64,000 bases of DNA, from NCBI RefSeq assembly GCF_009914755.1, contig NC_060939.1, one strand, 5' to 3'. This document shows positions 25,450-35,430 of the stretch, one piece after another. This DNA is from the human T2T-CHM13v2.0 reference genome, Homo sapiens. A model generated the notes under the pieces. It ran no database searches. It saw only the letters and a program-made list of their open reading frames with translations, and was not told where the DNA came from. Within the stretch, counting starts at the first letter, position 1, and every line of letters starts with the position of its first letter. Made by a program: the position numbers and the translations under genes.

Positions 25450-25995
25450 TGGAAAAGACATTTCCAAGCGCTGTATGTGCTGGTGACATCCCAACAGCTG
25501 CCGCTGACGTGGAAAAATAGAAGTTGCTGGCTTGTTTTTTCGTCCTCTCTTTCTAAATGATTTGACGTTTTATTCCCCCTCATCAAACGCTCTATTCTCT
25601 GCTAATGGCAGAATAATAAAAAATTATCCCTCATAGCATGTGAGTGAGAGGCCAAGATGGGAGCCCAGGAGAGGGAGGAAGGAGAGAAAGAAAAAAGGTT
25701 ATTATAAATGTGTCAGCCTTGTTTATGGCCCTTTATCAGCGAAGGAGAAATGGGGAGGGATAGACACAGTTAACGTGCACTTGCAAGCGGCCTGCCAGTT
25801 GGGTTGGGGAGTGTAAATAATTTTTATTTTCAGCTGTATTTAGATATTTTAAAATATACACCCGCCAGCCATCGTGGGGAACCAGTTGAGCCTGCTGGGC
25901 CATGAGGGATGGGGGCGGCCTGGCTTTCGGCTGCTTTGATGGGACCGTGCTTGACAATTAGGGCTTTCAAATGCAGTGTTTGCTGATAAAGGCTT
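25450..25995. promoter_or_regulatory. Candidate conserved enhancer
   Basis: AT-rich unique island; TGACGTGG 25505-25512, TGTCA 25711-25715, TTTATGGCC 25722-25730, TTATCA, GTAAATAA, TGACAATTAG, TGATAA. Confidence 0.55.
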
Positions 25996-26429
25996 CCCTT
26001 CCAAGGAGCACAGAGAGATAGTGAGGCCAGCCTTGGTGGCTGCCAAACTCCCCGGGAGGCAGGCCCGAGGCAAGATTTGGGAAGGTGGCGCAGGGGCCCA
26101 GTGTCCTTCTTGATAAGGCCAGCAAGGGCACAGCTGCCCTGGGCCAGCATTCCACCCTCCCCACACTGCCGGTGCCACATCTTTGTCCCGGGCTTGCAAC
26201 AGACTGTGTAGCCTCAGACCCTCAGGTTCCATTCATGCCATCACTCACTGGTCAACATTTACTGAGCACCTACTGTGTGCCAGGATCATAGGGGTTCAAG
26301 GGCAGGGAAACTTAGAGAGACTGTGCTGCTTAACTGGTTGTTTAAGCCCTCTTCCTTGAGTACCTCCTGAGACCAGTCCTTCACGATGTTCAGTGTTAGT
26401 CCATTGCACTCTGGGCTTGAAACAGCTGC

Positions 26430-26640
26430 CCAAAGGCAGTGTGATACTGTGGTTAAGGGAGGCACCCCACATGTGAGTTGTGGCAGTGAGACTTCAGGCA
26501 CATGACTTCCAAGGGCTGAGCAGCCATCTCTTGTTCTGTAAAATGAGATAATAGCATTCCCACATATGGGAATGGGGGTCAAATGAGATGATGAGTACAG
26601 TGTAAAGCCTTTACTATCTGACACACTAAACAATGTCTCT
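26430..26640 (+). mobile_element. MIR SINE
   Basis: aggcagtgtgatactgtggttaag...ctgtaaaatgagataatagc...aaatgagatgatg...tgtaaagc. Confidence 0.7.
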
Positions 26641-27524
26641 TGTCATTTGCTGTGTACAGCGATGGGACTATCAAATCCCACCAGGAACCCCTAAATGTTC
26701 CAGTCTGCCCAGTGTGGAGGTCAGGTTCAAGATTAGGCTGCTGAAAGCCAAACTCTGTCTTCTGGGAGCTTGCAGGCCAGGGTGGACAGAGGGGCTGTGA
26801 ATGGCACAGGCTCAGCTTATCTGGGCAGGCTCCAGAAGGGTCCTTGAAGGATGGAGATGGGGTAAGGAGGGGCCTGGCCTGGCTGGAATAGAGGGGGTGG
26901 TCAGTGGCCAGATGGCCTGACTTCACCATATTGGTTCCCAAAGCAGCTCAGAGAGGGCTTTTGACATTCATATCCCATGAGAGTTGTGTAGGAGGTGTGC
27001 GGCCAGCACATTACTGGCCCCCTGTGTCTTAGGCCCATTGAATGCCATCTCTGATAGATGCAAGGGTCAACTTGCCATGTCCTACATGTTCCTCTGGACT
27101 CTCAGAGCTGGGCCAGATTGACACTGGCAGACAGTGGGCATGGACAGGCTCAGAGAAGCAAACGAGAATAGAACCAAATTCCTAGGTCTTTTACTTTGCT
27201 GGTCATGGGAAAGCAAACTCTTTAAGCACAGCCCCTGCCACCCCCCACAGTAAGTTCCTTCTTCTGACTGGAACAGGGATGACTGGAAGGACAGGCAACA
27301 TCAAGCTAAAGAGTGACTGGATGTTTAGTCCTGAGTATAAATTTAAACAAATATGCTGAGCTGAGCAGGACCAGACCCAGGACTGTACTAGGCCCTGCAA
27401 GGAGGGCCAAGAGCAAGCCAGGAAGGCAAAGCAGGTAGGAGAGAAGAAGAGGAAGAAGAAAGTATGGAGAGGGAGCAGACAGGGGCTCTGCACCTGCCTC
27501 CCTCCTCTTGTCATTGCCTCAATC

Positions 27525-27815
27525 ATTTACACCACAAACACGTTGCTGCCTGCTGTAAGCCTGGACCTCAAGGTGCTCACAGACCCAAGAGGGAGGAAGA
27601 TATGTAAACAGACAAGGAAGAGTCAGCATATGAAGTGGCGGTTTATGGTGGTTCAAGAGTGGGGAGGGGAGGTGGGCATCAGGGAAGGAGGCGCAGAGCA
27701 GGAGAGACTTGACTGGGCATCAGAAGTAGACATAGGAGTTTCCAAGTAGACTGGGTGGGGAGGACATTCCTTGTAGAGGGTCAGCCTGAACAAGGGCCTG
27801 AAAACCAGAGGCCAC
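27525..27815 (-). mobile_element. L2 fragment
   Basis: cctcaaggtgctcacag...atcagggaagg...ggacattccttgtagaggg...caagggcctga. Confidence 0.6.
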
Positions 27816-27838
27816 ATAGACCACAAGGGGAGGTACAA

Positions 27839-30800
27839 GTTCGTAATATCCGGCGGGGAGAGGATGATGTTACTCCTTATATCACAGGGGGTGTACACCT
27901 TGCTGCGATATTTTTTGTAATATCCAGGGAGGGAGAGGATGATATTACTCCCTGTATTGCAGTTGTTTGTAATATCCAGGGGAACAGATGATATTACTCC
28001 CAATATCGTAAACACCCTGAGCGTACACCCTCTGTGATATTGTTCATAATATCCGGGGGGAAGAGGATGATATTACACCCAATATCGCAGGGGGTGTACA
28101 CCCTCCTGTGATATTTTTCATAATATCCAGGGGAGGATAGAATGATATTACTCCCAATATCGCAGGGGGTGTACACCCCCATGTAATATTGTTTGTAATA
28201 TTCAGCGAGGGAGAGGGTGATACTACTACTCATATTGTAGGGGGAGTACACCTTTCTGTGATATTGTTGGTAACATCCAAGGGGGGAGAGAGAATGATAT
28301 TACTCCCAATATCGCAGGGGGTGCAAACCCCCAGCGATATTGTTTGTAATATCCAGGGGTGTGAGATGATATTACTCTTAATATCGTAAACACCCTGTGT
28401 GTACACCCTTTTTAATATTTTTCGTAATATCAAGGTGGGGAGAGGACGATATTACTCCCAATATTGCAGGGGGTGTACACCCTTCTGTAATATTTTTCAT
28501 AATATCCAGAAGGAGAGAGGATGATATTACTCCCAATATCTCAGTGGGTGTACACCCCCCTGTAATATTGTTCATAACATTCAGGAGGAAAGAGGATGAT
28601 ATAACTCCAAATATCGCAGGGGATGTACACGCCCCTGTGATATAGTTTGTAATATCCAAGGCGGAATAAGATGATATTACTCTGAATATCGCAGGCAGTG
28701 TTCACGCCACTGTGATATTGCTCGTTATATCCGGTGGGGAGAGGTTGATACTACTTTCAATATCGCAGGGGGTGTACACCCACCTGTAATATTGTTCATA
28801 ATATCCAGGGGGGGAGAAGATGATATTACTCCCATTATCGAAGGGGGTGTACACCCTCCTGTGATATTGTTCTTAATATCCAGCGGGGGAGAGGATGATA
28901 TTACTCCCAATATCAGAGGGGGTGTACACCCTCCTATGATATGGTTCATAATATGAAGGAAGAGAGAGGGTGATATTACTCCTCATATTTGTGGGGGTTG
29001 TACAACCCCCTGTGATATGGTTCGTAATATCCAGTGGGGGAGAGGGTGATATTACTCCCCGTATCGCGTGAGGTGTACACCCTTCTGTGTTACGGTTCAT
29101 AATATCCCGGGGGGGGGGCGGTGATATTAGTCTTCATATTGCGGGGGGTGTACACCCCCCTGTGATATGGTTCGTAATATCCAGGGAGGCAGATGGTGGT
29201 ATTAATCCTCATATCGCGGGGGGTGTACAACCTCCTGTTATGGTTCGTAACATTTAGGGTGGTAAGGGTGATATTACTCGCCATATCGTGGGGTTCTACA
29301 CCTTTCTGTGATATGGTTCGTAATATCCAGGGGAGGAGAGGGTGATATTACTCTCCACATCGCGAGGGGTGTACACCTCCTGTGATATGGTTCTTAATAT
29401 CCACGGGGGGAGAGGATGATATTACTCCCCATATCGTGGGGTGTGTACACCTCCCTGTGATATTGTTCATAATATCCAGGTGGGGAGGGTGCAATATTAC
29501 TCCCCATATCGCGGGGGCTGTACACCCACCCCGTGATATGGTTCGTAATATCTGGGGCAGAAGAGAATGATATTACTCCTCTTACCGTGGGGGGTGTAAA
29601 ATGGTTCATAATATCTGGGGAGGGAGAGGGTGATATTACTCTTTATATTGCGGGGGATGTACACTTCCCTGTGATATGGTAATATTCGGGGGGGAGAGGG
29701 TCATATTACTCCCCATATTGTGGGGGGTGTACACCCCCCTGTGATATGGTTGGTAATATCCAAGGAAGGAGAGAGTGCTATTACTCCCCATATCGCTTGC
29801 GGGGTACACCCTCTTGTGATATGTTTCCTAATATCCAGTTGGGGAAAGGATGATATTACTCCCCATGTTGCGGGGGGTGTAATATGGTTTGTAATATCCA
29901 GGGCATCAGAGAGGGATTTTACTCCCCATATCGTGGGAGGTGTACACCCCCCCAGTTTTATGTTTCATAACATCCAGGGTGGGAGAGGGTGATATTACTC
30001 CCCATATTGTGGGGGTGTACACCCTCCTTTGATATGGCTTATAATATCCAGGGGGGCAGAGGCTGATGTTACTCCCCATATCGCAGCAGCTGTACACCCC
30101 CCTTTGATATGGTTTGTAATATCCAGGGGGGAGATGGTGGTATTACTCCCCATATCACGGGGGGTGTGATATGGTTCCTAATATCCTGGGCGGGAGAGGG
30201 TGATATTACTTTCCATATCGTGGGGGATGTACATCCCCCATGATCTGGTTTGTCATGTTCTGAAGGGGATAGGGTGATATTACTCCCCACATCGTGAGGG
30301 GTGTACACCCCCCTGTGATATGGTCTGTAATATCCACGGGGGGAGAGGGTGATATTTGTCCCTATAACTCGGGGGGTGTACATTCATGTTATATGGTTTG
30401 TAATATCCAAAGGGGGAGAGGGTGATATTACTCCACATATCGCGGGGGGTCTGATATGGTTCGTAATATCCGGGTGGGGAGAGGGTGATATTACTCCCCA
30501 TATCGCGGGGGGTGTACATTTTTCTGTGATGAGCTTCATCATATCAAGGGGGGAAGAGGGTGATATTACTCCCTATATCGCAGGGAGTGTACACCTCCCT
30601 GGGATATTGTTGGTAATATCTAGGGTGGCAGAGGATGATATTACCTTCAGTATATCAGGGGGTGTACACACCTCTGTGTTATTGTTTGTAATATCTTGGG
30701 GGGAGAGGATGCTGTTACTGCCAATATTGTGGGTTGTTTTCACCCCCCTGTGATATTGTTCTCAGTATCAAGGGGATGGAGAGGGTGATATTAATTTCAA

Positions 30801-31512
30801 TATCACAGGGGGTGTATACTCCTCTGTGATATTGTTTGTAATATCAGGATGATATTACTCCCAATGGGGGTGTACACCTTCCTGTGATACTGTTCTAAAT
30901 ATTAGTGGTGGAGAGGATGATACTACTCCCAATATTGAAGAGGTTGCACCCGCCCCGTGATACTATTCGAAATATTAGGTGGGGAGAGGATGATACTTCT
31001 CCCAATATCGCAGGGGGTGTACACCCCCCTGTGATACTGTTTGAAATATCCAGAATGGGAGACGACGATATTACTCCCAATATCTCAGGGGGTGTACACT
31101 TTTCTGTGATATTGTTTGTAATATCCGGGGGAGGGGAGAGGATGATATTACTTCCAATATCACAGGGTGTGTACATTCCACTGTTATATTGTTCGTAATA
31201 TCCAGGGGGAGAGATGATGATATTACTCTCAATATCACAAGGGGTGTACACCCCCCTGTGATCTTTTTCATAATATTCAGGGGGGTAGATGATATTACTT
31301 TCAATATCATAAACACCCTGTACGTACACCCTTGGTGATATTGTTCATAATATCCAGGGTGGGAGAGAATGATATTACTCCCAATATCTCAGGGGGTGTA
31401 CACCCCCTGTAATATTGTTCATAATATTTGGGGGGGGTGATGACATGTCTCTCAATATCGCAAAAGGTGTACACCCCTTTGTTCTATTGTTTGTAATATC
31501 CATGGGGAGAGA
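27839..31512. repeat. SATR1/SATR2-type satellite array, ~75-bp monomer, roughly 49-50 units
   Basis: Monomer approximately gatattgttcgtaatatccagggggagaggatgatattactcccaatatcgcagggggtgtacacccccctgt; GTACA recurs every ~75 bp; family assignment from recognition of the motif. Confidence 0.9.
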
Positions 31513-31677
31513 GCCCTAAATTTCTGGGCTGAGGCTGGGGAAGGCCAGGCTGTTGGGGCCAGAGGTGGGAGAGGGTTGGGTTAGCCCCTATTCAGGCCCC
31601 CTGGGTCTTCTACAGTGATTGTCGTGATTATTTCTTCCTTGACTTTTGAGGTTGGCAAGTATTCATAGCAGATCCTG
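31511..31677 (-). repeat. Left arm of an inverted duplication (copy of 32143-32310)
   Basis: Manual alignment to the reverse complement of 32143-32310 gives ~21 differences in ~168 nt. Confidence 0.92.
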
Positions 31678-31679
31678 AC

Positions 31680-31895
31680 CAGGCTTCCAAGAGAGCCAGT
31701 GGCAGTATACAGAAACTGTTCAGGTGTATACTTGGGACTGGCTCAGAGTCGCTGCCACCACATTCAATGGCCAAAGCCAGTCCAGATTCAAGGGATGAAG
31801 AAACTGACTCCACCTCTTAATGGACTGAGCTGCAAAGTGACATTGGAAAGGGGTAGATACAGGGAGGTGTGGGGCCACTTTTGTGATTGATCTAC
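31680..31895 (-). mobile_element. MLT1-family LTR 5' part
   Basis: ccacattcaatggccaaagccagtccagattcaagggatgaagaaactgactccacctcttaatgg...gatctaca. Confidence 0.7.
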
Positions 31896-32142
31896 AAAGA
31901 GGCGGTTAGAAGCAATTCTGTGAGGGACACCATTCTATTCCATGAGGCTGGTATTTCTGTAGATGGCAAAGGAGAGATGAGGGGGTGCTAAGGTTCTTGC
32001 ATTCTTGAGGGATGGTGCGATTAACTGCAAAATTGTCCCCCAAAGTTTGTACCAATTCCCACTCCCACCAACCCCAAAGCAGATAAACTGGGAGAGGGAT
32101 GAAAAATCTTTACAAAGCCTTCTTGTGTCAACTGATTCACCC

Positions 32143-32310
32143 CAGGATCTGTTACTGACACTTGCCAACCTCAAAAGTCCAAGGAAAAAGTAATCATGAC
32201 GATCACTGTAGAAGACCCAGAGGGCCTCACTAGGGGCTAATCCAACTCTCTCCCACCTCTGGCCCCAGCAACCTGGCCTTCCCTAGCCTCAGCCCTGATA
32301 TTTAGGTCTC
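32143..32310 (+). repeat. Right arm of the inverted duplication
   Basis: Matches the reverse complement of 31511-31677. Confidence 0.92.
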
Positions 32311-32515
32311 TGACCCATGTTGAGATCATTTTTGTGCCTGTCACAAGGAAGGGGATCCAGCTTCATTCTTTTGCATATGAACATCCAGTTGTCCCAGCAT
32401 CATTTGTCAAAAAGACCATTCTTTCTCCCATTGAATGGTCTTGGCTCTCTTGTTGAAAGGCAATTGACCATAATGTGAGGGTTTCTTTCTGAACTCTCAT
32501 TTCCACCCCATGATT
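32298..32515 (-). mobile_element. L1M (L1MB-like) ORF2 3' fragment
   Basis: tttaggtctctgacccatgttgag...ggatccagcttcattcttttgcatatgaacatccagttgtcccagcatcatttgtcaaaaagac. Confidence 0.8.
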
Positions 32516-32519
32516 TATG

Positions 32520-32775
32520 AGGACAAGCTCAAGCTGGCCTGCTGTAGGATGAGAGACATGAGGAAAAGAAGTGGGTCATCCCAGGTGAGGCCATCCTAGA
32601 CCAGCAGCCCCGGTCAATCCTCCTGCTGACCACAGACTTGTGAGGGAGCCCATCTGGGAGTCAGCCCAGCCCAGCCCAGCCCAGCCCAGCCCACGGCTGC
32701 CCAGCTGACTTGGAGACTTGCGAACATAATAAACGCTTGCTTTAAGACGCTAAGCTTTGGGTTGTCAGGTAACCA
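32520..32775 (+). mobile_element. MLT1 (MLT1H-like) LTR 3' part containing (CAGCC)n
   Basis: aggccatcctagaccagc...ctgcccagctgac...aataaacgcttgctttaag...taagctttggg. Confidence 0.7.
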
Positions 32776-32789
32776 TTATTTATTCTGCC

Positions 32790-33190
32790 AGAAAACAGAT
32801 ACAGCTCCAAACTGAAGATAGCCCAGATGTCCCTCCGTGTGGGGCTGGTGGTCCTGCAGTACAATGGAGCACCCTGTGGCCATTTAAAAATTGATCCTTT
32901 TGTACCGACCTGGAAGGTGTCCATGATATATTGGTGAGGGAAAAAAGCAAGTGGCTGATCAATATGTATGCCATGACCCAATTTTTGTTTTCTTAAAAAA
33001 GTCTGTGTATAAAAAAATATAGAACAGGGACACCTCAGAAAAAGCTGGCAATGATACACAGTGAAGCATTCACAGGGGTTGCCTCTGGGGGAGACAAGAG
33101 GGAGTTTGAGGTCTTTTGCTTTCTTTCTGTAATTTTTTAAAAATGAAGATTATTTGGAAGAAAAACAAAGTTAGCATTTTCAAAGACTGT
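32790..33190 (+). mobile_element. L1ME 3' UTR fragment
   Basis: tacaatggagcacc...catttaaaaa...ctggaaggtgtccatgatatattggtgagggaaaaaagcaag...ggttgcctctgggg. Confidence 0.65.
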
Positions 33191-33759
33191 GTGTGTTGAA
33201 ATGGAGGCCAGCTGCCCACACAGGGATCTCCAGCTTTTTCTCCTCTGCCCTGGCTCCCTGGCTCTGCCTCGACTCCTGGCCCAAGCCCACCCCTCTTGCT
33301 GCAAATCCCACAGCCTAGACTCCCCACAGCCCCATAAAACCCCTCGATGGCTTTGCCATCCCTCAAGCCTTTAGGGGTTCACTTTCAATACTAGAGCAGG
33401 AAGAGCCTTCGGGATCAAGACTCACCTCTTCATGGCACAGATAGAGGCAAACTGAGGCACGGAGGAGGGAGGGATACACCGGAGGCTTCTGTGAGGCTGC
33501 ATTGGAGCCAAGGTGAGATGCGGGGTCCTGAGGACCTGCCCCCATCTTGGGTGCCCAAGGCCACCCCCTCCCAGCACAGACCTCTGCTGGGACCCATTTC
33601 CCTCAGAGGGGGCCTGGAGGATGAGGGACAAGCTTTGTCCCTCTTGGGAGGAGATGACGAAGGTACTGTGAGGGAGAGTAAAAGGGACAGAGGCAAAGAG
33701 GAGGAGGGATAGGGTGGAGTGGGTGCCAGTGCCGGCCTCAGCCCAGAGCCTCTGGCAGC

Positions 33760-34500
33760 AGCCAGATAATAAGCGGGAATAAAAGAGGAGAGAGAGCGAA
33801 ATGTCACACACGCTCTGGTGCCATTAGCCACCAGAGAAGGGAAATATCACAGAATTAGGCCAGCCTTTGTTTGCCTTTGTGGAGGAGGAGCATGAGGGGG
33901 TCTTCGCTGTGGGTAGGTGGGACTGTGCCTCTGGGGATGGGCCTGTTTTCCCGGGGGAGGGGCAACGAGAGGAGGATTTCACGGCTGGGGCTCTGGGACC
34001 CTTGGGCCTCCCAATCCCCAGTTACTGGGCCAGATGCGACTCAGAGAGGGGTGGTGGGAATGGGGACAGGGGAGAGATGGGACTTGTTCCACTTCAAAAC
34101 AGAGACACCGAACTCAGAGGCCTCCTTGCTAAACTGCCTTTGCTGTTGTTTGTTTATATTTCCCTAGTTATTACCCAAGTCACAGAAACACCCGGGTAAT
34201 AGCTGTAAAATTACACACTCGCAGCTAATTTGGGTACGACTCTTGGCATAGCAGCCGCGTTTTAAGGAGAAATAAACAAGGCCTGAAATAAAAGTCGGCA
34301 GGAATACAAATCTGCAGCAATGAGGCTAGCTCCCCCTTCCCCACGCGGCAGCCAGCGCGCGCGTCACTCCTTCCACACATGCGCGCTCACACGCACCCAC
34401 ACATAAGCCCACCCTAGCCCTTCCCATCCATTCCCTCTGCACCCTGACCCCGCTGCCCGCAGAGCAGCCGAGGGGGCTCGTTCCACTGCCCGCCCCCTCC
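33760..34500. promoter_or_regulatory. Candidate enhancer or promoter-like element (FOX motifs plus a CpG micro-island)
   Basis: TGTTTGTTTATA and AAATAAACAA forkhead sites, TAATT cores, then gcgcgcgcg/catgcgcgc and a GC box. Confidence 0.45.
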
Positions 34501-34626
34501 AACCAGAGCCACGTCCTGGGCTAGGCCAGGGTCCTTGTCTTTGCAGATCCAGGCTGCCCTCCCTGTACCGACTCCCGTCCTCTGTGGGTGCCCACGTTCC
34601 ACTCTCTTCTAGCCAAGGAGGCTTAC

Positions 34627-35430
34627 CATTCATTCATCCACTCATTCATTCGTTCATTCAAGTGTTTCTTGAGCAACGACTTTGTGCCAGGGACAGTGCT
34701 CTAGTGATCGGTAAAATAGACGTTGGTTTCTTCTCAGGGCTAATATCTGTTGAAAGAGATGGATATTAGACAAAAAAAAAAAAGGAATAAATATGTAATA
34801 AGTTAGGATAAGTGCTCTAAAGGAAGAGTGTAGAAAGAGAAAGAGAAAGGGAGGAGCTTTTGGGGGTTCAGGAAAACGCTCTTTTAGGGGAAAGGAAAGG
34901 CCTGGGTTGAGGCCTGAAATGGGATCTTGCTGGGGGCACAGCAGGGGTATTTCAGGTGGAGGGAACAGCCCATGCTATTCAAAGGCCTTGAGGCAGCATG
35001 GCCAGTGTGGCTGGCAGGCAGGGAGCTGCGGGGATGTGTGGTGAACCGGCCCAGAGAAGCCTCACAGGTGCTATCAGCCACCTTAGGAGCTGGGAAGGAT
35101 TATAAGGTTTTAAGGGAGGGGTGGTGGTGAAATGAGATCTGATTGATGGCTTTGAAAGATCTCGCTGCTTGGCTGAGAGAAACTTGCAGAGGAGTGAGAG
35201 CGGGTGAGTAGCTGGGGGAGGCTGTTGCGTTCATTCTGGGGAGAGATGACAGCAGCCTGGGACAGGACAGTGGTAATGTGGACACGGAGAAAAGGAGGGG
35301 TTGGGAGAGATCCTAAAGGCAGACAGGACTTGGAATTCGGGGTGAGGAAGAAAAAGGAGTCAATGAGGGGCCAGTGAATAGAGGAAAATTTCCTGAGATG
35401 GGAGAGAGTGCAGGAGGGGCAGGTTTGGGA
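34627..35430 (-). mobile_element. L2 3' end with (ATTC)n tail
   Basis: cattcattcatccactcattcattcgttcattc...tgtgccagggacagtgct...gagatctgattgatggctttgaaagatctcgctg. Confidence 0.85.

Noticed and set aside
27839-31512. CRISPR-like array, or repeat-protein ORFs (GGCTPP/ILGVISSSP...)
   Set aside because: The monomers are contiguous with no unique spacers, the context is eukaryotic and there are no cas genes. The ORFs arise because ~75 bp is 25 codons, and they are broken by frameshifts and stops.
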